From IMG/VR virus record IMGVR_UViG_3300028840_004051: 64,000 nt of DNA; one strand, 5' to 3'. A model generated the notes under the pieces. It had not been told where the DNA came from. It saw only the letters and a program-made list of their open reading frames with translations, and did no database searches. Position 1 is the stretch's first letter. Each line of letters begins with the position of its first letter. The DNA comes from an uncultured virus (IMG/VR IMGVR_UViG_3300028840_004051). Taxonomy: Duplodnaviria; Heunggongvirae; Uroviricota; Caudoviricetes. The position numbers were made by a program, and so were the translations under genes. Below are positions 1-9,563 of the stretch, piece after piece.

Positions 1-41
1 ATAAATTTATTGATATGAAGTGAAAAAAGTGAAAAAAGTCA

Positions 42-73
42 AATAAAAAATGGACAAAACTCTTATAATATAT
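42..73 (+). promoter_or_regulatory. putative phage promoter (AATAAAAAA-N11/12-CTTATAATATA)
   Basis: TATAAT-containing motif CTTATAATATA with an upstream A-tract; same arrangement at 14232-14264 and 34114-34145, each before a + strand transcription unit. Confidence 0.55.
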
Positions 74-123
74 CAAATGGCAAACAAACAAGGCCAAAAA
101 TTTTAAACAAAGGGAGAAAGAAA

Positions 124-660
124 ATGAAAAAGAAAGACGTAACAAAGGAAAAACTGGTAAAGGTGGTTGAAGAAATGAATACCATACTTGAGCTTGAACC
201 GCCTATCGAAACTGAAGGTAAAGGGATCACAAAAGCCAAGCTGATTGACGAAATCGAAGAAACCGCTGAACACTGCTTCAAGCCCGGTGATGTGATCAGC
301 CCCGAAACCCAGGAAGTTTTGAAGGCCCTTGAAATCCCGTTTCCTGATCAAGCTGATGAAGTGGACGAATCCCAGGATGAAGAAGCCGCCGAACCACCCA
401 AAACTGAGAAAAAGGAAAAGGTGAAGAAAGAGAAGAAAGAGAAGGTAAAGAAAACAAACAGACTGATGGCGACCATCGATGCCGTAGCTGTCCTTGGGCT
501 GGACGCCGAAGATGATGAACTTGCAAAAAAAGCCAGTGAGATCTATCTCAAAAACGGCGGTAAGGATGTCGGTGATAAGGAAACTAAGCAAGCCATGTGG
601 TGGGTGAAGAACTTCCGTCAAGTCACCGCCGCAATGAAGGAGCGTGGAGTAACTGTTTAG
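124..660 (+). CDS. hypothetical protein, acidic/lysine-rich
   Basis: 178-aa ORF with GGGAG RBS, follows promoter motif. Confidence 0.7.
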   Translation: MKKKDVTKEKLVKVVEEMNTILELEPPIETEGKGITKAKLIDEIEETAEHCFKPGDVISPETQEVLKALEIPFPDQADEVDESQDEEAAEPPKTEKKEKVKKEKKEKVKKTNRLMATIDAVAVLGLDAEDDELAKKASEIYLKNGGKDVGDKETKQAMWWVKNFRQVTAAMKERGVTV

Positions 661-1232
661 CAAAGGTTGATAAATTGAATTTGATTAAAATAGAAAGTAT
701 GTGGAAAGATCTTCTCTCGGAAATCGGTGACGATCCTTCGAGAGAAGGTCTTATTCGTACCCCTTATCGTATTGCGAAAGCATGGTGGGAATTGTTTTCA
801 GGGTACCGCGATAAGCCCCCAAAGATTACCACTTTCAAAGAACAGTGCAAAGGTTTGATCATAGACAGAGGGTACTTCTTTTCATTCTGTGAACATCATG
901 TCTTACCATTCTTCGGCGATTATTATTTTGGTTACATACCAAGAAATAACATGATAATCGGCGCGAGTAAGATAGGTAGAACTATTGATCATTTTTCTGC
1001 CAGACTTCAAGTGGCCGAGAGGATATGCTGTCAAGTCGCCGATTATATAGATAGTGAGGCAGATACGAACGGTATAATATTGATTATGACTGGGCGGCAT
1101 CTTTGTAAAGAAATGCGCGGTATCAAAAAATACGATTCTATATTTGAAGCTAGTGAAGCTAGAGGTTGTTTTCTGAAAAATACCAATGGATGTAAAGACG
1201 AGTTCCTCCTTAGAATTAATTCAAAACTATAA
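597..1232 (+). CDS. folE: GTP cyclohydrolase I (true start probably TTG at 675)
   Basis: REGLIRTPYR, SFCEHHVLPFFG, GASKIGR, RLQVAER, HLCKEMRG motifs. Confidence 0.92.
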   Translation: MVGEELPSSHRRNEGAWSNCLAKVDKLNLIKIESMWKDLLSEIGDDPSREGLIRTPYRIAKAWWELFSGYRDKPPKITTFKEQCKGLIIDRGYFFSFCEHHVLPFFGDYYFGYIPRNNMIIGASKIGRTIDHFSARLQVAERICCQVADYIDSEADTNGIILIMTGRHLCKEMRGIKKYDSIFEASEARGCFLKNTNGCKDEFLLRINSKL

Positions 1233-1237
1233 CCACT

Positions 1238-1576
1238 ATGCCATTTAAAACATTCATCGTCATAAAGACACAATTTGAAGCCATACACAATTGGCCTGAT
1301 TGTGGTATTGAATCTGTAAGCTACCTGCGGAATCCACATAGACACATTTTTCATGTTGAGATGAAGTGGATTGTTGAGGGTTTAAATCGTGATATTGAAT
1401 TCATCGACCAAAAGCATAAAGTTGATGATTTTATCCATAAAAAATTGGCATATAAAAATATTGGTGCAATGAGTTGTGAGATGATCGCGTCAAGATTGAT
1501 GACAAAATTCAATGCTCGCTTCGTGAGTGTTTTTGAAGATGGCGAAAATGGTGCAGAGATATGTATGACTACATAA
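1238..1576 (+). CDS. QueD/6-pyruvoyl-tetrahydropterin synthase-like T-fold protein
   Basis: FEAIH...HRHIFHV...SCEMIA...VSVFED pattern, adjacent to folE. Confidence 0.7.
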   Translation: MPFKTFIVIKTQFEAIHNWPDCGIESVSYLRNPHRHIFHVEMKWIVEGLNRDIEFIDQKHKVDDFIHKKLAYKNIGAMSCEMIASRLMTKFNARFVSVFEDGENGAEICMTT

Positions 1577-2856
1577 TTATCGACCCTGCCTCAACTGAAT
1601 TCAATCGAGGTAGTTTTTGTTACCTTCCATATATACTGTACTCTGCACTTACTAAGAGTGGTGCAAAGGTAGCAATATATGAAAATTTTACTGCCGCAGA
1701 CATTGATTGCCTCCCTAAAGCAAGCCGTTATCTTATATCAATATGGTCTTATCCACAGATCGATACCGCACTTGTCATAGATCGTTTCCTGGAAGGAAAT
1801 AAATCATTTTTTGGTTACTTTCCCTTGATAGATCATTTGAAGTTGGATGAATTTATTTTCCCAGATCATATGATACTGTCTGGAATAGAAAACTACCCAC
1901 TATATTATAGCGACTTCAACTTCATCCTACTCTCAGATTGCGACATGCACTTGAAAAAATATAGTGGACAAGTCTATCCTTTGTTTACATCATACGGATG
2001 CCCTAATGGTTGTTCGTTCTGCCCCAGTACAGTCAATTGTGAAAAGCGCCGTATCATCATACCGCTTGAAAAGGTAGAAAAAATCATCTACTACTGCAAT
2101 GGAATAGGAATCCATAACATTCATTTTACTGATGAGGATTTCTTCTTCAATATCGACAGGGCGCATTCGATACTTAAAATATTTGAAAAGCTGGATACTG
2201 ATTTCCAGTTGATATCACTTGGTAGTGCTGTAAAGGTACGGTCATATATAAAAAAGTATGGCGAGAATACGTTGGCAGCATCAGGTATGAAACTGATTGA
2301 GGTTGGCCTCGAGACAGCCGATTCAGATTTGGCCACCTCCATGCATAAACCTGGGCATAAGAGTTGTACATGGCTTGCCGAAAATGCTAAGACACCAATA
2401 TTCTGGTTGACCATGACCTTCTTTCCTGGAGAGACGATACACTCACTCAATCTTACTGGAAGATTTCTAAAGAAATATGGCTATAAGCAAGACGAACTCT
2501 ACGGTAGAATAAGAACGAATAGTACAGTTGGAGGGTTGGGACAATTTTTTCAGTTCTATCACGGTACGCCATTTTATTCAGACAAGGATTTTCTAGGTAT
2601 GTCTCTGAGTGATTGCCCTATTCGTCTTCTACCAAGCTTTGTTCCCTATTCTTTCCTTGGATCAAAAATAGAGTCCATTGGTGATGCCAGTGATGCAATT
2701 GACTGGTTTAAGTTGTATAACCTCCACCCTGAGATGATAAAGCTCACAAAAGGGAATTGTATAGATGAATATGTCAACAAATATAAGGGCTATATGAGGG
2801 TAGCTGACATACTTACCTATCTTGCAATCTGCGCAAGGCTTGGAGTTATAATATGA
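1561..2856 (+). CDS. radical SAM protein (B12-binding-class-like architecture)
   Basis: TSYGCPNGCSFC (CxxxCxxC), FTDEDF, VGLET, FPGET motifs. Confidence 0.85.
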   Translation: MYDYIIIDPASTEFNRGSFCYLPYILYSALTKSGAKVAIYENFTAADIDCLPKASRYLISIWSYPQIDTALVIDRFLEGNKSFFGYFPLIDHLKLDEFIFPDHMILSGIENYPLYYSDFNFILLSDCDMHLKKYSGQVYPLFTSYGCPNGCSFCPSTVNCEKRRIIIPLEKVEKIIYYCNGIGIHNIHFTDEDFFFNIDRAHSILKIFEKLDTDFQLISLGSAVKVRSYIKKYGENTLAASGMKLIEVGLETADSDLATSMHKPGHKSCTWLAENAKTPIFWLTMTFFPGETIHSLNLTGRFLKKYGYKQDELYGRIRTNSTVGGLGQFFQFYHGTPFYSDKDFLGMSLSDCPIRLLPSFVPYSFLGSKIESIGDASDAIDWFKLYNLHPEMIKLTKGNCIDEYVNKYKGYMRVADILTYLAICARLGVII

Positions 2857-3884
2857 CCATTTGGAATGTCCCAATAGAAAGTCTTGAGGAAAGGTACAGC
2901 TCGCAATGGGGACGCTGGTTTCATATTGAATTCACAAGGCTTGGCATCGAATATAGAGCCATTCCTGGCATTCGTCTGACAGACAAAATAACCAAAGGTT
3001 CATTTCTTGATATATGTGGAACAAATTATTTCAAAGCGAACCAACTCAAGGTAATATCTTCATTGATGTTTGAAGGGCAAGTAAAAGACGGTGATATTTT
3101 TCTGTTTCATGACCTATGGTTCCCAGGCATTGAGATGTTGGCTTATATGAGAGATGGGCTTGGAATCGATTTCAAGATATGCGGAATACTTCATGCAGGC
3201 ACTTATGATCCGTATGATTTTCTTTCAAAGAAAGGAATGGCGAAGTGGGGGGAGAAATTAGAGGAATCATGGTTCAGAATAGCTGATATGATATTTGTTG
3301 CTACTCAATGGCACCGACATCTATTATACAGTAACCGGATCGTAGAATGGGATAAAATAAAAGTGACAGGCTTACCTATTTATTTCGACTTTGCCCCTAA
3401 TGAATTACCAGAAAAAGAAAATATTATCGTGTTCCCGCATAGGTTAGATGAAGAAAAAAATCCTCAATTGTTCGATTTATTTCAGACAAGATTTCAAGAA
3501 GACAAATCAATCAAGGACTCATGGCAATTTTTAAAAACAATGGAGCATTGGAAGGGCAAAAAAGGTTATTATGATATGCTATCAAGATCGAAAATAGTTG
3601 TCAGCTTCGCCGACCAGGAAACGTGGGGAATAGCTATGCAAGAAGCCCTCTTTCTTGGTTGCTTCCCAGTCATCCCAGATCGCCTGAGTTACACTGAAAT
3701 GTATGAGCCTATGTTTAGATACTCTTCCTATGCTGAAGCCATGACTCTGATTAAATATGGCATGGAGAAGTATGAATCAAAAGAGGTACAAGATACAATA
3801 AGGCTAAATAAAGAAAAGCTTATAGGCGAAGGAAAAGATGCAATAAGGAGGATGATATGCGAGATGGAAATGATGAGAAAATAG
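2853..3884 (+). CDS. GT-B (GT4-like) glycosyltransferase
   Basis: HRLDEEKNP and ETWGIAMQEA (E-x7-E) motifs, PDRLSYTE. Confidence 0.85.
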   Translation: MTIWNVPIESLEERYSSQWGRWFHIEFTRLGIEYRAIPGIRLTDKITKGSFLDICGTNYFKANQLKVISSLMFEGQVKDGDIFLFHDLWFPGIEMLAYMRDGLGIDFKICGILHAGTYDPYDFLSKKGMAKWGEKLEESWFRIADMIFVATQWHRHLLYSNRIVEWDKIKVTGLPIYFDFAPNELPEKENIIVFPHRLDEEKNPQLFDLFQTRFQEDKSIKDSWQFLKTMEHWKGKKGYYDMLSRSKIVVSFADQETWGIAMQEALFLGCFPVIPDRLSYTEMYEPMFRYSSYAEAMTLIKYGMEKYESKEVQDTIRLNKEKLIGEGKDAIRRMICEMEMMRK

Positions 3885-4966
3885 ACCTGTTTCTCGACTG
3901 CGGAGCGGTGTCAATTTATAACAAGTTGGTGCGGAAAGGTGGTAGAACAGAAAGTGGCGTCCATACAGGCGCATATTTCAAAGACCGCAAGCATGATGAT
4001 TTCAGCTACATACACACCAAAGAGTACCAGGAGTATAGAGACAGTTACATTGAATTTATCAAGAAAAATAAGAAACACCTAACCGTATACTCCAACCTTG
4101 ATGTGATCAATAATGCAGAGCTGACATGGGAAAATCAAAAGATAATGGAAGGCGAAGGATTATCGCCTATTCCAGTCTACCACATCAGCAACAAGCCTGG
4201 TGATACTAAGTGGTTAAAAAAGTACATTGACAAAGGGTATGATTACATCGCACTTGGCGGTGGTTATCCAAACCCGCCAAAGGAGACATTCACAATCTAT
4301 GATCGAATATGGAACGATATACTGACCGATGACAAAGGTATGCCAATCGTCAAAGTTCACGGCTATGCAGTCACTAGCCTTAAAACTATGTTAAGATACC
4401 CTTGGTATTCGGTTGACTCAACCAGTTGGGTTATGACTGCAAGAATGGGAAGTATTTATATTCCAAAATCTAAAAATGGAAAATATATCTATGATATTGA
4501 TCCATTTAAAATATTAGTTTCTAATCGCAGCCCAAGACTATGTGACAGCCAATGGCATATTGCACACATAAGCCGGCAGAATAAAGAACTTCATAAATAT
4601 ATATTGGATTATTTTGACTTCAAAGGATTCATACTAGGTGAAAGCGATTTTAAGGTCGTTGACGACAGTTACAAGCCAGACAAGAATGAAAGATTGATGC
4701 CAAACGATGTCATAAAAAAATGGAGGATGATGGGAGACAAATCAAATGAGATCATAAAAGATAAATTCAATGTTCTCCCTAGCGATGGAGAAAAAATGGT
4801 TGAAATAATAAAAAGCCCAGGGCTCTGCAATAGTTATATATCAAGAGATGAGGCTTGTATCATATACTTCACCAATCTTCAAAATGCACTGCCTGAATGG
4901 CCCACTCCATTTAAACTAAAAAAGAAAACAAAATCAAAAGGATTATTTAAGGTATACAAGACATGA
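3857..4966 (+). CDS. TGT/DpdA-like TIM-barrel base-exchange protein
   Basis: FLDCGA, NLDVI, PVYH, IALGG, VHGYA, SVDSTSW motifs; context of folE/queD-like genes. Confidence 0.65.
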   Translation: MRDGNDEKIDLFLDCGAVSIYNKLVRKGGRTESGVHTGAYFKDRKHDDFSYIHTKEYQEYRDSYIEFIKKNKKHLTVYSNLDVINNAELTWENQKIMEGEGLSPIPVYHISNKPGDTKWLKKYIDKGYDYIALGGGYPNPPKETFTIYDRIWNDILTDDKGMPIVKVHGYAVTSLKTMLRYPWYSVDSTSWVMTARMGSIYIPKSKNGKYIYDIDPFKILVSNRSPRLCDSQWHIAHISRQNKELHKYILDYFDFKGFILGESDFKVVDDSYKPDKNERLMPNDVIKKWRMMGDKSNEIIKDKFNVLPSDGEKMVEIIKSPGLCNSYISRDEACIIYFTNLQNALPEWPTPFKLKKKTKSKGLFKVYKT

Positions 4967-5169
4967 AAATGAAAATGTATTGGAAAGATCAGAAAACTGG
5001 AGGGCATGGTAGCGCTGGAATCGGGAAAAAGGTGCATGAATTAAGCGGCGGCAAACTTGGGATTGGGCTTTCATTTAATTATGATCGTAAAAGAATCGAT
5101 GCTATCGATAGGGCTATGCAGACTGACTCAACCAGCTATCAGGCTAAATCAAGAAATATGAAAAGGTGA
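4963..5169 (+). CDS. small hypothetical protein
   Basis: 68 aa, ATGA-coupled to upstream gene. Confidence 0.55.
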   Translation: MKMKMYWKDQKTGGHGSAGIGKKVHELSGGKLGIGLSFNYDRKRIDAIDRAMQTDSTSYQAKSRNMKR

Positions 5170-5175
5170 GAACAA

Positions 5176-5370
5176 TTGAAGATATATCTTGCTGGTTACG
5201 GGCACCAGATAGAAAAAACCCCATTTGTGAAGGAGCTTGAAAAGGATTGGCACTGCCTTTTGTCATATTATTTCTTTAGCCCCAAGAATGTTGACAAAGG
5301 GATGATGAATAGGTTTGATTACATATGCAAAAAGAAAAAGCAGATTAGAGAACAAAAAGGCAGAAGTTAA
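5176..5370 (+). CDS. MKIYxAG-family micro-protein 1
   Basis: MKIYLAG...LLSYY. Confidence 0.7.
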   Translation: MKIYLAGYGHQIEKTPFVKELEKDWHCLLSYYFFSPKNVDKGMMNRFDYICKKKKQIREQKGRS

Positions 5371-5561
5371 TGATTATATACATAGCTGGACCAAGACCTG
5401 ACACCATTAATATGATGATGAAGAGAACTGATTACATCCTCACTTCTTTCTACTACCAAAGCATAGCAACATCAGAAATAAAACCTCTACAAATAATCAA
5501 GCAGCACAACGAAAGGATAAAAAATGAAGCTAAAAAGAACCGCGCTCATCCAAGCACTTGA
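5370..5561 (+). CDS. MKIYxAG-family micro-protein 2
   Basis: MIIYIAG...LTSFY. Confidence 0.7.
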   Translation: MIIYIAGPRPDTINMMMKRTDYILTSFYYQSIATSEIKPLQIIKQHNERIKNEAKKNRAHPST

Positions 5562-6537
5562 AAAAGTCAAACCAGGCCTTGCCAACAGTGAAATCGTTGA
5601 GCAATCAACCCACTTCATCTTCGATAACGATACGATTAAGACATACAATGATCAGATCGCTATCACTCAACCCTTTGAATCGGGGCTGATAGGGGCAATA
5701 CCAGCGAAGGAATTCCACAACCTCTTTAAAAAGATCCCAGATGATGAGATCACTTCAAGCCAGAAAGAGAACAAGTGGATATTCAAAGGACAGAAGAAAC
5801 AGGCAACTTTTAATGCGAGCGAGGAGATTAAGATTCCTCCGATCACCGTCCCTGCTTTCAGATCAAAAGAATGGCATCCACTGCCAGACAATTTTAAAGA
5901 AGCAGCAAGGAATTGTATCTTCTCCGCAAGCCGTAACATGACAATGGTCGCCCTGACCGGAATCCTGTTTACAGATGGTTATGCTTATAGTTCTGACAAC
6001 TTCCGTGCGACAAGGATGAAGCTTGATTCAAAGGTAAAAGAGAAGTTCTTGCTGCCAGCCTCTGCCGCCAAAAGCCTCATCAACTACAATCCTACAAAGT
6101 ACTTTAGCGATACCAATTGGCTCCATTTTGTCAACAATGAAAAGACCTCCTTTAGTTGCAGGCTCTTAGATGAGGAATACCCGGAGGAGATATTCGGCGT
6201 ATTTGATGCAAAAGGAAAGAAGCTATCCTTGCCTGCCGAATTAAAACAAGTGGCGGGGAGGTCGGCTGAGCTTGCAAGTGGTGAGTTCGAGTATGATAAG
6301 TCAATTCGCCTCTGTTTCAGCAAAGGCACTCTGAAGTGCATAGGTGAAGGAGAGATCGGGAACTACAGTGAGGAACTGGATATGAAGTATACAGGCAAGG
6401 AGATGGAGACATCCATCCAGCCTAACCTGTTGATTGAAATCATCGATAAGCTGCAAGATGCCACTATCACCGATAATACAATTATATTTAGAGGTGATAC
6501 ATTTGATCATTTAATTCTACTGGCGGGGGACGAGTGA
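5524..6537 (+). CDS. dnaN: DNA polymerase III beta-type sliding clamp
   Basis: 337 aa, ALTGILF..SSDNFR and EEYP motifs, next to dnaE and clamp loader. Confidence 0.75.
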   Translation: MKLKRTALIQALEKVKPGLANSEIVEQSTHFIFDNDTIKTYNDQIAITQPFESGLIGAIPAKEFHNLFKKIPDDEITSSQKENKWIFKGQKKQATFNASEEIKIPPITVPAFRSKEWHPLPDNFKEAARNCIFSASRNMTMVALTGILFTDGYAYSSDNFRATRMKLDSKVKEKFLLPASAAKSLINYNPTKYFSDTNWLHFVNNEKTSFSCRLLDEEYPEEIFGVFDAKGKKLSLPAELKQVAGRSAELASGEFEYDKSIRLCFSKGTLKCIGEGEIGNYSEELDMKYTGKEMETSIQPNLLIEIIDKLQDATITDNTIIFRGDTFDHLILLAGDE

Positions 6538-6710
6538 AGATATACATCGCAGGCACTGCTGGGGGGGGTATTAAAGGAGAGAAAGCCGTTACTCCATATA
6601 TAAGTAGTAGGCTTTTAAGCTTTTATAGTGATTGGGAAAGAAAGCAGACATTTAAACTGATTGTAAAGGAAAATGAAAAAATCGATCATAATAGACGAAG
6701 AAAACGGTAA
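6534..6710 (+). CDS. MKIYxAG-family micro-protein 3 (not in ORF track, 58 aa)
   Basis: GTG start overlapping dnaN stop; MKIYIAGTAGG...RLLSFY. Confidence 0.7.
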   Translation: MKIYIAGTAGGGIKGEKAVTPYISSRLLSFYSDWERKQTFKLIVKENEKIDHNRRRKR

Positions 6711-6870
6711 ATTCACTATCCGATACCTATACTACGGTGCTTATATGGTACAGGGTAATACAAGCACAAATACCTACGGAAGCAAGCACTATAAGCAACC
6801 AGAAATAAGCCAGATGTTTGAAAAGCTAAAACGGTTAGCTTCATTTAAGAAGGAGCAAAGCAGAAGGTAA
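6673..6870 (+). CDS. small hypothetical protein
   Basis: 65 aa, AAGGA RBS. Confidence 0.55.
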   Translation: MKKSIIIDEENGKFTIRYLYYGAYMVQGNTSTNTYGSKHYKQPEISQMFEKLKRLASFKKEQSRR

Positions 6871-6896
6871 GAAGATCGAAAGGGCTTATATTTTAA

Positions 6897-7046
6897 ATGA
6901 AGATATATGTAGCCGGTTTCCTTGCAAATGCAAAAGATAATCTATCCAAGCATTTCTTATTCAATCAAAAGAAAACAAACCGGATGATGTCATATTACGA
7001 TATAAAAGAAAACCGTTCCTACTCAAAAGATGAATTTAAGATATAG
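6897..7046 (+). CDS. MKIYxAG-family micro-protein 4 (not in ORF track, 49 aa)
   Basis: MKIYVAGF...RMMSYY. Confidence 0.65.
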   Translation: MKIYVAGFLANAKDNLSKHFLFNQKKTNRMMSYYDIKENRSYSKDEFKI

Positions 7047-7059
7047 ATAAGAAAAAATA

Positions 7060-7314
7060 ATGAAGAATAAAGACTTCTGCCACCTTCATGTCCACAATGA
7101 ATACAGCCTTCTTGACGGCTATGGAGATGCTAAGCAGTATATCTCAAGAGTAAAGGAGATGGAGACATCCATCCAGCCTAACCTGTTGATTGAAATCATC
7201 GATAAGCTGCAAGATGCCACTATCACCGATAATACAATTATATTTAGAGGTGATACATTTGATCATTTAATTCTACTGGCGGGGGACGAGCGATTTCATA
7301 TCAGAATTTCTTAA
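7060..7314 (+). pseudogene. chimeric dnaE-N/dnaN-C fragment created by duplication
   Basis: 7047-7162 copies 9551-9666; 7153-7293 copies 6397-6537; joined at AAGGAGATGG. Confidence 0.85.
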
Positions 7315-7370
7315 AACAGAAAGTAATTATTGATACAGATTCGGGATTTAATCCTGGTAAGCTCAATCCT

Positions 7371-9554
7371 ATGTTATATGATTTTCAAGAAGCTATAACA
7401 AGATGGGCTATTAGAAGAGGGAGGGCTGCTATTTTCGCTGATTGCGGTTTAGGGAAAACTCCTATGCAATTAGAATGGGCCAAGCAGATTTATCAAAAGA
7501 CAAATAAAAATATTTTAATTTTGGCCCCACTTGCTGTATCAAAACAAACAAAACAAGAGGGGGATAAATTTGGTATTAAGGTAAATATATGCCGTTCGCA
7601 AGATGATGTAAAAAAAGGCATTAATATTACAAATTATGAAATATTACATAAGTTTAATACTGATATGTTTGGTGGAATAGTACTGGATGAATCCTCGATA
7701 CTTAAATCATATACTGGTAAATATAGAAATCAGATTATTAAATCATTTTATAAAACACCTTATAAACTTGCTTGTACTGCTACCCCAGCCCCTAATGATT
7801 ATATGGAACTTGGTAATCATTGTGAATTTCTCGGGATAATGACAAGATCTGAAATGTTATCCTGCTTTTTTATTAATGATGCTTCAGATACAGGAAAATG
7901 GCGGTTAAAAGGTCACTCTGAATCAAAGTTTTGGAATTGGTTATGTTCATGGGCAGTTATGATTAATCTCCCCAGTGATCTTAGTTTCGATAATAATGAC
8001 TTCATACTACCAGAAATTAAAATACATCATCATAAAGTAAAATACGGAAAACCTAAAACTGGTTTATTTGCTATAAGTGCAAATACTCTTGAGGAAAGAA
8101 GAGAAGCAAGAAAAAATACAATAGGGAGTAGAGCGGAGGTAGCAAAAGATTTAATTAATAATGATAATTCATGGTTAATATGGTGTGGATTAAATGATGA
8201 AGGAAGTCTCCTAAAAAAGAAAATTCCTAATTCCGTTGAAATTAAAGGAGCAGATTCCTCCGAATTTAAAGAAAATACAATGATCGGTTTTTCAAATGGA
8301 AATCCAAAAATCTTAATTACAAAACCTAAAATTGCTGGTTTTGGGATGAACTGGCAACATTGTTCAAATATTATATTCATGGGGCTTTCTGACTCATATG
8401 AAAGTTATTATCAGGCTATTAGAAGGTGTTGGAGATTTGGTCAAAAAAAAGAGGTCAATGTCCATATCATCACATCAGATATAGAGGATAAAGTAGTTAA
8501 AAATATAAAAAGAAAAGAAAATGATGCTATCTCAATGAGGCAAGAAATGGTAAATAGTATGGCTGATATATCTAGTGAAAAAATAAAAGGTTCAAAGAGA
8601 AACACAACAAAATACAAAACTAAAAAAGCAGAAGGGAATGGATGGATTTTATATTTAGGCGATGCTGTTGATGAGATAGAAAAAATAGATAATAATTCTA
8701 TTGGTTACTCTATATTCAGTCCTCCTTTTTCTTCTCTATTTACATATTCAAATACAGAAAGGGATATGGGCAATAGCCGTGATGATAAAGTATTTTTTGA
8801 ACATTTTGACTACCTAATCAATAAACTATATCAAGTAATGATGCCAGGAAGATTAGTATCGATCCATTGCATGAATTTACCTACCCTTATTAGTAAGGAT
8901 GGATTTGTTGGGATGAAAGATTTTAGAGGTGATATAATTCGCCATTTTCAAAAAGGAGAATTTATTTATCATTCTGAAGTTTGTATTTGGAAAGATCCAC
9001 TTATTCAAGCAGTTAGAACAAAAATGATTACTCTTGCGCATAAACAAGTTGTTAAGGATTCATCTCGCTGTGGTCAAGGATTCGCTGATTATATAGTTAC
9101 AATGAGAAAGCCTGGTGAAAATCCAATTCCAATTTCAAGAGAACCGGCAGGCTTTAAGGAGTATATTGGTGAAGCAAAAATCCCAAAAGTAAAACAAACA
9201 AATAATCCTAAAACTAACAAATATAGTCATGAGATATGGCAACGATATGCTTCACCTGTCTGGTTTGATATTAATCAAACTAATGTTCTTAATTTTAGAT
9301 CAGCGAGAGGCGACAAAGATGAAAAACATATTTGCCCACTACAATTAGATGTAATCAATAGATGCCTTGAACTTTGGTCAACTGAAGAAGATACCATATT
9401 AACTCCTTTCGCTGGTATTGGTTCCGAGCTTTATTGTGCAGTTAAAATGAATAGAAAAGCAATCGGTTTTGAATTAAAAGAAGAATATTTTAATCAGGCA
9501 ATAAAAAATCTAAATAGAATTGAAAAAGAAAAAAAAAGAAGAACAATATTATAA
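7371..9554 (+). CDS. SNF2-like SF2 helicase fused to amino-DNA methyltransferase (N4C/N6A)
   Basis: DCGLGKT, LDESS, TATP, QAIRRCWRFGQ; C-terminal FSPPF and TPFAGIGSE. Confidence 0.88.
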   Translation: MLYDFQEAITRWAIRRGRAAIFADCGLGKTPMQLEWAKQIYQKTNKNILILAPLAVSKQTKQEGDKFGIKVNICRSQDDVKKGINITNYEILHKFNTDMFGGIVLDESSILKSYTGKYRNQIIKSFYKTPYKLACTATPAPNDYMELGNHCEFLGIMTRSEMLSCFFINDASDTGKWRLKGHSESKFWNWLCSWAVMINLPSDLSFDNNDFILPEIKIHHHKVKYGKPKTGLFAISANTLEERREARKNTIGSRAEVAKDLINNDNSWLIWCGLNDEGSLLKKKIPNSVEIKGADSSEFKENTMIGFSNGNPKILITKPKIAGFGMNWQHCSNIIFMGLSDSYESYYQAIRRCWRFGQKKEVNVHIITSDIEDKVVKNIKRKENDAISMRQEMVNSMADISSEKIKGSKRNTTKYKTKKAEGNGWILYLGDAVDEIEKIDNNSIGYSIFSPPFSSLFTYSNTERDMGNSRDDKVFFEHFDYLINKLYQVMMPGRLVSIHCMNLPTLISKDGFVGMKDFRGDIIRHFQKGEFIYHSEVCIWKDPLIQAVRTKMITLAHKQVVKDSSRCGQGFADYIVTMRKPGENPIPISREPAGFKEYIGEAKIPKVKQTNNPKTNKYSHEIWQRYASPVWFDINQTNVLNFRSARGDKDEKHICPLQLDVINRCLELWSTEEDTILTPFAGIGSELYCAVKMNRKAIGFELKEEYFNQAIKNLNRIEKEKKRRTIL

Positions 9555-9563
9555 GAAAAAATA

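Noticed and set aside
6397..7293. Diversity-generating retroelement template/variable repeat pair
   Set aside because: No reverse transcriptase in the window and the differences are not adenine-specific
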